A stretch of 62,285 bases of DNA, counting the filler. It is 6 parts of 6 records of this genome, joined end to end, with 100 filler letters (N's around TTAATTAATTAA, not from the genome) between each part and the next. Parts side by side here need not be neighbours in the genome. Positions count along the whole stretch, not along the records: positions 1 to 7,085 come from DRR723986_4013; positions 7,186 to 24,054 come from DRR723986_4015; 4 more parts are not named here. One strand, written 5' to 3'. The translations under genes and the position numbers were made by a program. How positions within the stretch are numbered: position 1 is the stretch's first letter; every line of letters starts with the position of its first letter. Shown in pieces: positions 1-10,121 of this stretch. The notes beneath the pieces were generated by a model, which was given only the letters and a program-made list of their open reading frames with translations, was not told where the DNA came from and did not search any database.

Positions 1-305
1 CCGCCGCCCACGCCCATGATTTTGCCAGCACCGAAGAGCGGGTAGAGCTGTCGGCGGCGCTGATGTTTCACTATGCCTTAGGCGCCATCGCCGCGCCCTT
101 GGTGGCCTCGTGGCTGATCGAGGCCTTTGGCCCCCCGGCCATGTTTGTGATGATCGCCTGCGGCCATGGCGCGCTGGTGGTCTTTGGCCTTGTGCGTATG
201 CGCAGCCGCCCCAGCGCCCGGCGCACGCGCTATATTTACAGCCCGCGCACCTCGTTTCTGGTGGGCCGCCTGACCAGCCGCGCCCGCGACCAGGGCGAAC
301 CTTAG
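1..305 (+). CDS. MFS transporter, C-terminal fragment (5' truncated)
   Basis: Hydrophobic helices ('[29 protein letters not shown]') typical of MFS TM11-12; frame open to the window edge. Confidence 0.75.
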   Translation, partial: AAHAHDFASTEERVELSAALMFHYALGAIAAPLVASWLIEAFGPPAMFVMIACGHGALVVFGLVRMRSRPSARRTRYIYSPRTSFLVGRLTSRARDQGEP

Positions 306-408
306 GCCGGCCCACACAGCGCAGCCAAATTGCCCGCGCATAGATACTGGCCCTCGCACGGAAGCTGCGATAAACGGGGCCAAACGCAAACATCCAAGGA
401 CGCGCAGC

Positions 409-2121
409 ATGGCACGGCACCTGATTACCTCGGCCATTCCTTATATCAATGGCATCAAGCATCTGGGCAACCTGGTGGGCAGCCAGTTGCCGGCAGATCT
501 GTTCGCGCGGTATCAGCGTGGGCGCGGGCACGAGGTGCTGTTTTTATGCGCCACCGACGAGCACGGCACCCCGGCCGAGCTGGCCGCAGCCAAGGCCGGC
601 CAGCCCGTGGCCGAGTATTGCGCTGAAATGCACGCCGTGCAGGCGGGCATTGCCCAGGGGTTTGGCCTGTCTTTTGATCATTTCGGGCGCTCGTCCTCGC
701 CCGCCAACCACGCCTTGACCCAGCATTTTGCCGGCAAACTGGCCGAGCGCGACCTGATCCGCGAGGTCAGCGAAACGCAGATGTATTCGCATACCGATGG
801 CCGCTTTTTGCCCGATCGCTATATCGAAGGCACCTGCCCGAATTGCGGCTTTGACAGCGCCCGCGGCGATCAATGCGACAATTGCACCAAACAGCTGGAT
901 CCGGTCGATCTGATCAACCCCCGCTCGGTGATCTCGGGGTCAACCGATCTGGAGATGCGCGAGACAAAGCACCTTTACCTGCGCCAATCCACGATGAAAG
1001 ATCAGCTAGAGGCGTGGATCGACAGCAAAACCGACTGGCCCGTGCTGACCACATCGATTGCCAAGAAATGGCTAAACGATGGTGACGGGCTACAAGACCG
1101 CGGCATCACCCGCGATCTGGATTGGGGTATTGCGGTGAAACGCGGGCAAGAAGACTGGCCCGGCATGGAGGGCAAAGTATTCTATGTCTGGTTCGACGCG
1201 CCCATCGAATATATCGCCTGCGCGCAAGAATGGGTCGAGGCGGGCAAGGGCCAGGATTGGCAGCGCTGGTGGCGCACCGATATGGGCGCCCAAGATGTGA
1301 CCTACACCCAGTTCATGGGCAAAGATAACGTGCCCTTCCACACCCTGTCGTTCCCTGCCACCATCCTTGGCTCGGGCGAGCCATGGAAGCTGGTGGATTA
1401 CATCAAATCGTTCAACTACCTCAATTACGATGGCGGCCAGTTCAGCACCTCGCGCGGGCGTGGGGTGTTTATGGATCAGGCGTTGGAAATTCTGCCCGCC
1501 GATTACTGGCGCTGGTGGCTGCTCAGCCATGCGCCGGAATCGTCGGATGCGGAATTTACCTGGGATAATTTCCAGGCCTCGGTCAACAAAGATCTGGCCG
1601 ATGTGCTGGGCAATTTTGTCAGCCGCATCACCAAATTCTGCCGCTCGAAATTTGGCGAAACCGTGCCAGAGGGCGGCAGCTGGGGCGCCCAAGAGGCGGC
1701 GCTGATGGCCGAGCTGGGCCAACGCCTGCGCGCCTACGAGGGGCATATGGAGGCGATGGAGGTGCGCAAATCAGCGCAAGAGCTGCGCGCCATCTGGGTG
1801 GCGGGCAACGAATATCTGCAATCTGCCGCGCCCTGGTCGACCTTTAAGGAAAACCCAGAACAGGCCGCAGCCCAGGTGCGCATGGGGCTGAATTTGGTGC
1901 GCCTTTACGCCGTGCTATCGGCGCCCTTCATTCCCTTTGCGGCAGATCGGCTGCTAGAGGCGATGAAATGCGACGATCGCAGCTGGCCGGGTGACATGCA
2001 AACCGCGCTTTCTGCCCTGCCTGTGGGCCATGGCTTTGAGGTGCCCGAGGTGCTGTTTGCCAAAATCACCGATGAACAGCGCGAAGATTGGCAAGCCCGG
2101 TTTGCCGGGCAACGCAGCTAG
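409..2121 (+). CDS. metG: Methionine--tRNA ligase
   Basis: [15 protein letters not shown] (HIGH-like), Zn knuckle CPNC...CDNC, FMGKDN, QFSTSRG (KMSKS variant). Confidence 0.97.
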   Translation: MARHLITSAIPYINGIKHLGNLVGSQLPADLFARYQRGRGHEVLFLCATDEHGTPAELAAAKAGQPVAEYCAEMHAVQAGIAQGFGLSFDHFGRSSSPANHALTQHFAGKLAERDLIREVSETQMYSHTDGRFLPDRYIEGTCPNCGFDSARGDQCDNCTKQLDPVDLINPRSVISGSTDLEMRETKHLYLRQSTMKDQLEAWIDSKTDWPVLTTSIAKKWLNDGDGLQDRGITRDLDWGIAVKRGQEDWPGMEGKVFYVWFDAPIEYIACAQEWVEAGKGQDWQRWWRTDMGAQDVTYTQFMGKDNVPFHTLSFPATILGSGEPWKLVDYIKSFNYLNYDGGQFSTSRGRGVFMDQALEILPADYWRWWLLSHAPESSDAEFTWDNFQASVNKDLADVLGNFVSRITKFCRSKFGETVPEGGSWGAQEAALMAELGQRLRAYEGHMEAMEVRKSAQELRAIWVAGNEYLQSAAPWSTFKENPEQAAAQVRMGLNLVRLYAVLSAPFIPFAADRLLEAMKCDDRSWPGDMQTALSALPVGHGFEVPEVLFAKITDEQREDWQARFAGQRS

Positions 2122-2144
2122 GGCTGTTAGTCACTGGGCGGGGC

Positions 2145-3593
2145 CTAGCCCCGCCAAAAGGCTGCGGTAAACAGCACATAGACCACAACCAGCTCTAGCC
2201 GCCCCACCAGCATTGCAAAGATCATGATATATTTGGCGCTGTCGGGAAAGGCCGTCAGCGCCCCGCTTTCATGCACCATCGGGCCAAAAGCCGGGCCGAT
2301 ATTGAAAACGGATGTCCAGGCGCCGGTTGTGGCCTCGATAAAGGGCAGGCCCGTCAAAGACAGCGCCACAGCCACAAGCCCGTAGGTTAAAATGAACATC
2401 GAAAACATCAACATGACCGACTCGATCACATCGCGCTCGATCGGGCGGCCACCCAAACGCACCGAAACCACGCGGTTTGGGCTGCCAATCAGGCGAATTT
2501 GCGCCACAACCGCACGAAACAGCACCAGATAGCGGAAGATTTTGATCGAACAGCCAGTCGAGCCGGTGCAACCGCCAATGGCCCCCACCGCCAGCACCAC
2601 CACCATGCCCAACGGCCCCCACAGCAGCAAATCGCCATCGCCATAGCCCGTGCCAGAAAAGATCGACACCACGTTAAAGGCGGTTTGGCGGATCATTTCC
2701 TCGCCCAGCTGCTCGCCCCGCGCAAAGCGCGCCAGCACGATGATGGCAACCGAGCCCACAATCAGCGCGGCATAGACCTGCACCTGAAAGTCGCGCAGCA
2801 AGGGCATAAGCTTGCCCGTGCCAATCAGCATCAAGCGCACAAACGGCACCGAGGCCAGGAACATAAACACGATGCAGGCATATTGCAGCGCCGGCCCATA
2901 GGCCCCAAACGAGGCATCTGTGGTAGAAAACCCACCCGTTGAAACCGAGGTCAAGGCATGCACAGTGGCCTCGAACGGATCCATCCCCAGGGCGATATAG
3001 GTCAGCGTGCAGATGATTGTCAGCGCCACATAGGTGGCCAGCAAGGCCTTTGATATATCAATCGCCCGCGGAAATACCTTGCCCAGCGTATCAAAGCTTT
3101 CGCTTTTGAAAAACTGCATGCCCCCAACCCGCATGATGGGCAAAAACAGCAGCGCCACAATCACAATACCCAAGCCACCCAACCACTGCAGAATGCCCCG
3201 CCACAACAACAGCCCCTTGGGCAGTTCATCGAGGCTATAAAACACCGTAGATCCGGTGGTGGTCATGCCAGACATGGCCTCAAAGAATGCATCCACAAAA
3301 CTGGCATCGGTTTGCCCCAGCATAAAGGGCAACGCCCCAAACAAGGGCAAGCTGACCCATAAGCCAACGGTTAACAAAAAGCTTTGGCGAATAGACAGGC
3401 GGTGGTGGCGAGTGTTGTGGCAGGCCAGTGCCACCAAGCTACCCACCAAAAATGTCAGCACCGCGCTTTCGAAAAAAACTGGCCAATGGCCGCGGCCCTC
3501 GGCCACATCCACCAAAAGCGGTGGCACCATGGTCAAGCCAAGCACAGCAACCAACAGGCCAATCACATATCCAATAGGGCGCAGATCTAACAT
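2145..3593 (-). CDS. trkH: TrkH family potassium uptake protein
   Basis: 482-aa membrane protein with pore loops FEAMSGMTTTG, STGGFS, GTGY, GGCTGSTGCSIK, NIGP; LVGRLE near the C-terminus. Confidence 0.93.
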   Translation of the reverse strand: MLDLRPIGYVIGLLVAVLGLTMVPPLLVDVAEGRGHWPVFFESAVLTFLVGSLVALACHNTRHHRLSIRQSFLLTVGLWVSLPLFGALPFMLGQTDASFVDAFFEAMSGMTTTGSTVFYSLDELPKGLLLWRGILQWLGGLGIVIVALLFLPIMRVGGMQFFKSESFDTLGKVFPRAIDISKALLATYVALTIICTLTYIALGMDPFEATVHALTSVSTGGFSTTDASFGAYGPALQYACIVFMFLASVPFVRLMLIGTGKLMPLLRDFQVQVYAALIVGSVAIIVLARFARGEQLGEEMIRQTAFNVVSIFSGTGYGDGDLLLWGPLGMVVVLAVGAIGGCTGSTGCSIKIFRYLVLFRAVVAQIRLIGSPNRVVSVRLGGRPIERDVIESVMLMFSMFILTYGLVAVALSLTGLPFIEATTGAWTSVFNIGPAFGPMVHESGALTAFPDSAKYIMIFAMLVGRLELVVVYVLFTAAFWRG

Positions 3594-3687
3594 GGATCGC
3601 AGGCTTGGCGGGGTGCTGTGCCGCTGTCAAGCGCCAAGCGCCCCCTCATCCGCCCTGGCCCTGGCCCAAGATGGGCCAAAGCCGGAT

Positions 3688-3903
3688 TTAGACGTAGTAA
3701 AGATCGCGGAAAACGTGATGCGCGATCATATCGCGGCGAATGCCCATTGCGGCCAGTTCATCGTCAGTTTTCGCCTCGAGTGCTGCGATCTGCCCATGAC
3801 GCGAGCGTGCCTCGCCCAGGGCGGTCATCCAGTTCACAATCGCGGCGCCAACCCCAGCAAACGGATTGCGGATTGCGGCGATATTTGTTGCATGCGTTGC
3901 CAT
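3688..3903 (-). CDS. DUF1127 (YjiS-like) small protein
   Basis: 71 aa with 'LEAKTDDELAAMGIRRDMI' matching the DUF1127 core pattern; purine-rich RBS upstream. Confidence 0.8.
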   Translation of the reverse strand: MATHATNIAAIRNPFAGVGAAIVNWMTALGEARSRHGQIAALEAKTDDELAAMGIRRDMIAHHVFRDLYYV

Positions 3904-4019
3904 TTTTGGAACCTTTCAACAGTGTTTCGGTTCCTCCCCTGGCACTGATATATGTCACGCCTGCTGACATAAACACAGACAATGCTGCATATCCGCCCTG
4001 CGCGCGCTGCAATGCAGCA

Positions 4020-4376
4020 TCAGCTGGCGGGCGCCGCCCCATTGGCCCGCGATGCGGCGGGGCCGGGCCTGGCGCGCCGCGGCGCAGGCGCGCTGGCGCT
4101 GGGGGCTGTGGCGGGGGCTGTGGCGGCGATGGCCAATGGCGCAGCTGGCACCGCCTGCGCAACGGTCGGGGCAGTATCTGCACCGGTTGTGTCAGCGGGG
4201 GCCGCGTTGGGGCCGGGTTTGGCGGCCTCTGGCCCGCTGCGGGGCGCCAGCGGGTGCAGGGCCACCATCGCCTCGATCAGGGCGCGCGACAGGCGGGTTT
4301 GGTATTTGTAAAACGTGATCATCGCGCTGGCCATGTGCCAGCTGTATTTCACAGGTAAGGGGGTGTTGGGCATCAT
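4020..4376 (-). CDS. Hypothetical protein with Ala/Pro-rich low-complexity tail
   Basis: GGAGGAT directly upstream of ATGATG at 4376; short helical N-terminus then A/P/T-rich tail; same strand as neighbours. Confidence 0.5.
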   Translation of the reverse strand: MMPNTPLPVKYSWHMASAMITFYKYQTRLSRALIEAMVALHPLAPRSGPEAAKPGPNAAPADTTGADTAPTVAQAVPAAPLAIAATAPATAPSASAPAPRRARPGPAASRANGAAPAS

Positions 4377-4544
4377 ATCCTCCGTGGCTGCATATCGGAA
4401 AATATGGGCGCGCTTTACGACATCTGCACAACAGATCCACAATCTGGGGTCGAAAATCGCAGAAATTTGATCGCGCAAAAGAAAAACGGCATGCCGTATC
4501 ACCGACATGCCGCTGAATTGGGCACGTTAGAAATCAGCCCGCGC

Positions 4545-5645
4545 CTAGCCTACGTGGAACAGGCTGGCAAACATCCGCGGGTCGATAGACTGGGCCTGAA
4601 AGGTTGGCCCCTCGACCAAAACGCTGATGGCATCGTGGCTGTGCAAGCTTTCTTGGTGGCTGGCCACCACGCGGAAATCGCCGATGCGCAGATCGGGCTG
4701 CAGCTGGGCGCAGAACAGGCGCACCGCATCTTCCACGAAAATCGGGTTTGCGGCGTTCAGCTCGGCAAAGGCCTGTTCGTCTTCGCGCTTGACCATCACC
4801 TGCGTTTCGGTGGGCACCGCGCGGCGGGCCATGTCGATCAGGTCTTCGAACCACAGGCACTGGCCATCCAGCACCTCGACCGAGATCCGCGCAACCGAGC
4901 GCTGCGAATGCGGCGTGGCCAGCTGCCCGCGGGTGATGCGCGCATGTTCAGACAATTCCAGCGAACATGGGCAGGTCGAGGAATAGACGTAATCAAGATG
5001 CACAATCTTTTTGCGCACCCCCGCCTGTTCAACCAGCTCTAGCGCGATGTCGTAATATTGATACCCCTCCAACCCCGAGCGCAGCGACTGCACCTTTAAC
5101 GGATAGGAAAAGCGCATTTGAATGCGGGCATCGAAACTGTCGAGATCGGCGATATAGTCATCCAGCGCCGCCTCGATCACCTCGAAGCTAAAGGTTTTAT
5201 CGGCATGTTTGTAAAACGAGCGCATGATGCGCGACATGTTGATGCCTTTTTTGTCGGCCTCCAGGCTGACCGAGCCGGTCACGCTGGTTTCCAACGTCAA
5301 ATCGCCATTATCGCGGGTGTGAAACCGGATGGGCAGGCGAAAATTCGAGATGCCCACATGCTGGATCTGCTGTTTTGCACCGCGGATCAGGCTGCTGGGG
5401 CCATTTTGCAGATCGGGCATCTGCGCCTTATAGGCGGCATCCACGGCAAAGCCTGCGGGATAATCGCGGCTAAGCACGGGGTAGGTATCGGTGCTATCTT
5501 GGGGCAGCAGCCGCGCAATGGCCGGATCCAGCGCCGCCACATCCTCGGGGCTGGCCGCCCCGGCCCAGCGCCGCAAGCGGGCCAGGGCCTCGCGCGCGTC
5601 TTCGCGGTTTAGCTCACGGTCGATTTCGGGCGTGTGCAAATTCAT
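4545..5645 (-). CDS. folE2: GTP cyclohydrolase IB (FolE2)
   Basis: KGINMSR, TCPCS, PHSQRS, VKREDE, PIFVEDAVR, ESLHSHDA motifs; start placed at MNLHTP. Confidence 0.95.
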   Translation of the reverse strand: MNLHTPEIDRELNREDAREALARLRRWAGAASPEDVAALDPAIARLLPQDSTDTYPVLSRDYPAGFAVDAAYKAQMPDLQNGPSSLIRGAKQQIQHVGISNFRLPIRFHTRDNGDLTLETSVTGSVSLEADKKGINMSRIMRSFYKHADKTFSFEVIEAALDDYIADLDSFDARIQMRFSYPLKVQSLRSGLEGYQYYDIALELVEQAGVRKKIVHLDYVYSSTCPCSLELSEHARITRGQLATPHSQRSVARISVEVLDGQCLWFEDLIDMARRAVPTETQVMVKREDEQAFAELNAANPIFVEDAVRLFCAQLQPDLRIGDFRVVASHQESLHSHDAISVLVEGPTFQAQSIDPRMFASLFHVG

Positions 5646-5784
5646 GCCGATTCCCTCGCTTCTGTCGCTTTGTACCCCAAACCCGGGGGGCAAAGCGTTA
5701 ATATCCGTATACCATTACGTCAGAAACGACGTGGCAGATCATTTATATCTGCCGAAAACGGCTATCATAGTAGCTAAGCGCTGA

Positions 5785-6966
5785 TCACACCCTTTCCAAG
5801 GCCTGCACCAAATCTGCCAGCAAATCATCGGCATCTTCCAACCCAACGCTAAGCCGCACCAAGCCATCGGAAATGCCCAACAGATCTTTTTGCGCCTGTG
5901 GCAGGCGCTGGTGGGTGGTGGTGGCTGGATGGGTGGCGATCGATTTTGCATCGGCGAAGTTGTTGGAAATGGTAAACAATTCCAAGGCATTCAAAAAGCG
6001 GAAACAGGCCGCCTTGCCACCCTTTACCTCGATCGTAAACACCGTGCCGGCCGCCGGCGCCTGCGACAGGGCCAATGCCTGTTGCGGATGCGCCTGATGG
6101 GTTGGATAGCGCAATGCCTGCAAGGCAGGGTGCCCCATCAGCCCATCGGCCAGTTTCATCACCGTATCGGCCTGCGCGCGCACCCGCAGTTCCAGCGTTT
6201 CCATCGCTTTCAGATGCGTCCAGGCGGCAAACGGGTTCATCGCCCCGCCTGTGTGCTTCATATAGGCCTCGATCGGCCCACGGATCAGCGCGGTTGGGCC
6301 GCAAATCGCACCGCCCAACATGCGCCCCTGCCCATCGACATGTTTGGTTGTGGAAATCACCGCAATATCTGCGCCACAGGCGCGCGCATAGGAAAAGACC
6401 GGCGTGGCCATGGCATCATCGACAACCACCAAGGCCCCCACCGCATGGGCCAGCGCGCAGACCGCGCGCAAATCGATCACCTCTAGCGTCGGGTTCGAGA
6501 TCGATTCCAAAAACACCAGCCGCGTATCGGGGCGCAGCGCCCCCTGCCAGGCCTGCAGATCGCGCCCATCAACCAGCGTCACCTCAACCCCGAAGCGCGC
6601 CAAGATCTCTTCCAGCACATAAAGGCACGAGCCAAACAGCGCCCGCGAGGCCACCACGTGATCGCCCGCCTTCAGCAACGACATCAGCGCCCCATTTACC
6701 GCAGCCATCCCCGAGGCACAGGCAAACGCATCTTCAAACCCCAGATAGGTGGCAATGCGATCTTCAAACATGCGCATCGTGGGGTTGCCATAGCGGGCAT
6801 AAATAAACTCATCTGCGCCCGCCTTTTCAAACCGTTGTTCGGCCTGCTCGGCACTGTCGTATACAAAGCCTTGGGTCAGAAAAACCGCCTCGCTGACCTC
6901 GCCCCATTGGCTGCGGCGGGTGCCGCTATGCACCAGTTTTGTGCGTGCTTTCCACTCGTTCGTCAT
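5785..6966 (-). CDS. metZ: O-succinylhomoserine sulfhydrylase
   Basis: Cys/Met PLP family motifs YARYGNPT, ASGMAAV, STTKHVDGQGR, HPATTTH, RLSVGLED; SAM riboswitch upstream. Confidence 0.93.
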   Translation of the reverse strand: MTNEWKARTKLVHSGTRRSQWGEVSEAVFLTQGFVYDSAEQAEQRFEKAGADEFIYARYGNPTMRMFEDRIATYLGFEDAFACASGMAAVNGALMSLLKAGDHVVASRALFGSCLYVLEEILARFGVEVTLVDGRDLQAWQGALRPDTRLVFLESISNPTLEVIDLRAVCALAHAVGALVVVDDAMATPVFSYARACGADIAVISTTKHVDGQGRMLGGAICGPTALIRGPIEAYMKHTGGAMNPFAAWTHLKAMETLELRVRAQADTVMKLADGLMGHPALQALRYPTHQAHPQQALALSQAPAAGTVFTIEVKGGKAACFRFLNALELFTISNNFADAKSIATHPATTTHQRLPQAQKDLLGISDGLVRLSVGLEDADDLLADLVQALERV

Positions 6967-6995
6967 TGCGCGTTCCTTTGGCCATAGGGCCCAAT

Positions 6996-7031
6996 AAAAA
7001 ACCCCCGGTCGCGGCCAAGCGAAAGGGGGTT
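6996..7031 (-). terminator. Intrinsic terminator in the metZ leader
   Basis: Minus strand AACCCCC...GGGGGTT stem followed by a T run, between aptamer and start codon. Confidence 0.65.
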
Positions 7032-7043
7032 CCTTACGTCTGA

Positions 7044-7085
7044 CCTTTTAGCGGCATGTTTAACGTGGCCCGCAATCCGGTAACA
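7044..7085 (-). promoter_or_regulatory. SAM-II (SAM-alpha) riboswitch, 3' part (cut by contig end)
   Basis: Minus strand CCGGATTGCGGGCCACGTTAAACATGCCGCTAAAAGG resembles the SAM-alpha 3' consensus (TTGC..CCACGTTAAAC....GCTAAA); upstream of metZ. Confidence 0.85.
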
Positions 7086-7185
7086 NNNNNNNNNNNNNNN
7101 NNNNNNNNNNNNNNNNNNNNNNNNNNNNNTTAATTAATTAANNNNNNNNNNNNNNNNNNNNNNNNNNNNNNNNNNNNNNNNNNNN
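7086..7185. other. Artificial contig spacer (also at 24055-24154, 32689-32788, 40115-40214, 55108-55207)
   Basis: Identical 100-nt N44-TTAATTAATTAA-N44 linker with stops in all six frames. Confidence 0.99.
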
Positions 7186-7290
7186 GCCAGAGCCGCGTGT
7201 GCCGCCAGAGCCGGAGCCCTTCGTGCCGCCAGAACCAGAACCGCGCGTGCCGCCAGAGCCGGAGCCGCGCGTGCCGCCAGAGCCGGAGCC
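7186..7290 (-). repeat. 24-nt coding tandem repeat (GSGSGGTR/K, at least 4 units)
   Basis: Units like GGCTCCGGCTCTGGCGGCACGCGC with mostly synonymous variation; the assembly breaks inside the array. Confidence 0.9.
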
Positions 7291-7461
7291 GTTGGCATCA
7301 CCGTCATCGTCCGCAAACTGAGCTGCAAGGTGCTGGTCGTACCACTTGGCAAACCGTGAACCTTCTACACCACCGTTATGGTAGGATTTCGTTCCGCTGG
7401 CACCGCTGCCATCCGTGTCTCTGTCTTGTGACGACTTCCAATTCCGAAATCTATAACCCAT
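7186..7461 (-). CDS. Gly/Ser-rich repeat protein, N-terminal fragment
   Basis: GGAG RBS before ATG 7461 (MGYRFRNWK...); runs into tandem GSGSGGT[RK] repeats and off the contig. Confidence 0.75.
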
Positions 7462-7793
7462 AGCGTGTTTCTCCAATTCTACGTTTGCAGCCGGGGACGG
7501 ATGTGCGGCACATCCGCCCTTGGTTGTTCAGAGAGCGAAATTAAGAGAAACGCTGCCTTTTCAGCAAATTTTTTGCACATTCTGGCCAAACTTGCCCGAT
7601 TCTGAAGATTTCCCGGAAACAGTAAACAGAGCTTTTGGCGGATTTGCGCAGGATTTGGATACAATCAAAACGCGACCCCGCCAGAATCACCCTGACGTAA
7701 GGGCAACTGCGCCACGTTTTGTCATGCGCGTGCCACAGTGACGCCCTCTTGTTCTGATTTACCACGAAACAAATCCACTTTTGGGACAGTCTG

Positions 7794-8834
7794 ATGAGCA
7801 ACGGCAAAGAGCAAAGCACACAGGATAAGATCATCGAATGTGCAGAGGCACATTTTGATGCGCGGGTGAAAAATATCTCTGCGCCGGGCGGTGAAGGGCG
7901 GTCCAGCTTTCGCCTTTCTGTGGCCGGTAGGTCGGTGATCGCAACTCTGAGGCCCAACTTTCGACGCACCCATCTGGAGGCGCATGTGCTTGAGCAGTTG
8001 AGCGCCCATAGCGATGATCTGCCTCAATGCCTTGGTGTGGTCGGAGAGATCATGTTTCAATCCGATGTGGGCGACCGCCGGCTCAACGTCGAGATCGCCG
8101 AAGTGACGCCCAGCACACGGCTTGGTCTCGCGCATGACGCAGTTTCCGCGATCTTTCGCATCCAATCAGCAGCACGGAAAACCCAGCTGCATGAAATGAT
8201 GCCGCATCTGGGCACCAACGACGACTGGATTTTGAACTTTGTCGATGCCATTGATTTTCTGCGCGACCTGGGCGGCGGCATCTCGGACAAGTTTGACCGC
8301 GAGGCGGCCTATGAACGGGTTGCGGTCGCTGGCACACAGTTTGTGAAATGGGATTGCCGGTCCGGCAACGCAGCCATCGACAGCAAGGACAAACTGCGCT
8401 GGTTCGATTTCGAATATGCAGGTCTGCGCCACGGTGCAGAGGACATCGCTTGGCTGATCGGCGATGAGGCATGGCCGATCCGGCCGCAGGACATGGTTGA
8501 TATCGTGATCGATACCTTTGACCCCGAATGCGGTTACGAGCTGGATGATTACCTTGATTACCTATCGGTATATCTGACGTTCCACGCGGTGCAGCGACTA
8601 AAGCTGATCAGCAAGGAAAGCCGCAAGCGCGGGTGGTTGAGCAAGGAAAAGATCCGCAAATATGACGATGCCGGCGTACATCCCGAGTTTGCCGCCCAGA
8701 TTTGCAGAGTTGGCGCATATTTCTCGGCGCAATCGCCGTTAACGGCACCGTTGTCGCGGAATTTCCTCGCTGCGCTGCACGGATTTATCCAGATCAACAA
8801 CCAAGAAGATCAGCGGAACTTGCGCAGGGCTTAA
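7794..8834 (+). CDS. APH/choline-kinase-like phosphotransferase (atypical)
   Basis: Brenner-like loop FVKWDCRSGN, metal loop WFDFEYAG, then EDIAWL; Gly-rich PGGEGRSS near the N-terminus. Confidence 0.65.
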   Translation: MSNGKEQSTQDKIIECAEAHFDARVKNISAPGGEGRSSFRLSVAGRSVIATLRPNFRRTHLEAHVLEQLSAHSDDLPQCLGVVGEIMFQSDVGDRRLNVEIAEVTPSTRLGLAHDAVSAIFRIQSAARKTQLHEMMPHLGTNDDWILNFVDAIDFLRDLGGGISDKFDREAAYERVAVAGTQFVKWDCRSGNAAIDSKDKLRWFDFEYAGLRHGAEDIAWLIGDEAWPIRPQDMVDIVIDTFDPECGYELDDYLDYLSVYLTFHAVQRLKLISKESRKRGWLSKEKIRKYDDAGVHPEFAAQICRVGAYFSAQSPLTAPLSRNFLAALHGFIQINNQEDQRNLRRA

Positions 8835-9090
8835 GCTAAGGTCGCGGCAGGACTGCGACCTCCACAAGCCTGCGTGCGATACCGCAGGTGCGCTTGCTGT
8901 TGGCGGTCTGTTTCCATCGCATGTGCAAACGCAAGCGTCCGGCTTCTCTTGCCTCCCCGGAACACGCGGGGTCTCGTCACACAATGGCATTTTCCCATTG
9001 CACGGGATAAATCCAGCTTGATTCTGATTTGAAATCCAATCTTACTGCATCAGATTACGTCAAATAACATCAAATCAAGGCAGGGTGACG

Positions 9091-10113
9091 ATGAAGGCAA
9101 CCATAAGTGACATCGCCGCGGCCGCCGAGGTTTCAACGGCCACGGTTGACCGGGTGTTGAACGGCAGGTCGGGTGTGAAAGCGGCCAATCGCTACCGGGT
9201 GTTGGATGCCGCGGCCAAGCTTGGCTATTTGCCCGAAACCGGTGATCTGTCGATGCCGGCCAAGCCTGCCCGGTTGGAATTTTTCCTGCCGGTAGGGGGC
9301 AACCGGTTCCTTGAAAACCTTGCCTTTCAAATTGAAGATTATTGCCTGCGCCTGCCGCTTGTTTCTGAATGCAGGGTCACAAGGCTGCCCGATGCGTCGC
9401 CGTCCACTTTGCTGGCGGCCTTGGACAACCTTGATCCGAATACGGCGGGCCTTGGCGTTGTGGCCGTTGACGATCCCAAGACCAGAGCCGCGATCCAGCG
9501 TTTGGTTGAGGCCGGGGTGAGGGTTGTGACAATCGCATCAGATTTGCCCTCTTCGATGCGGGCAAATTATGTTGGTGTCGACAACCGGATTGCAGGTCGC
9601 ACCGCTGCCAAGTTGATGGGTTCGATGCTCCGCAAAGAGGATGCCAAGATTGCGCTTTTTCTTGGCTCGCGCCGTTATCGCGGCCATGACGAACGGGAAT
9701 CGGGCTTCCGTTCGGTGCTGTCCGAAGAATTCCCGCATTTGCAGGTTATCGAAGCGGTCGAGATCAACGACGATGCCGAACGCGGCTATCAGCGGGCGGC
9801 GTCGATCCTTGCCCGGCATCCTGATTTGGGCGGCATCTATGTGGCCGGGGGTGGCCGTTCGGGCGTGATCAAGGCGGTAGAGGACAGAGGCGATGCGCCG
9901 GGTCTTGTCGTGTTTTGCCATGACCTGACGGATCAGACACGAAAGTTCCTTTTAAACGATCGGGTCACCGTGGTCATTGATCAAAACGCGCGGTTGATGG
10001 CCGAACAGGCCACCATCCAGCTGCTTGGCTCACTGGCCTCTTCCGCGCCCTATCTGACCAAAAAGTTCATCGAGCCGCGGGTCATCACAAGAGAGAATAT
10101 TCCCGCCATGTGA
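9091..10113 (+). CDS. LacI family transcriptional regulator
   Basis: TISDIAAAAEVSTATVDRVLNGR HTH plus PBP1 domain (YVGVDNRIAGRTAA). Confidence 0.93.
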   Translation: MKATISDIAAAAEVSTATVDRVLNGRSGVKAANRYRVLDAAAKLGYLPETGDLSMPAKPARLEFFLPVGGNRFLENLAFQIEDYCLRLPLVSECRVTRLPDASPSTLLAALDNLDPNTAGLGVVAVDDPKTRAAIQRLVEAGVRVVTIASDLPSSMRANYVGVDNRIAGRTAAKLMGSMLRKEDAKIALFLGSRRYRGHDERESGFRSVLSEEFPHLQVIEAVEINDDAERGYQRAASILARHPDLGGIYVAGGGRSGVIKAVEDRGDAPGLVVFCHDLTDQTRKFLLNDRVTVVIDQNARLMAEQATIQLLGSLASSAPYLTKKFIEPRVITRENIPAM

Positions 10114-10121
10114 TCCGCCGA

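Noticed and set aside
3600-3690. Cuckoo (CCUCCUCCC) sRNA cluster downstream of the DUF1127 gene
   Set aside because: No such repeated motif on the minus strand before trkH
7186-7290. 24-nt repeats as a CRISPR array
   Set aside because: Head-to-tail with no spacers, in frame and varying mainly at synonymous positions; no cas genes in the window
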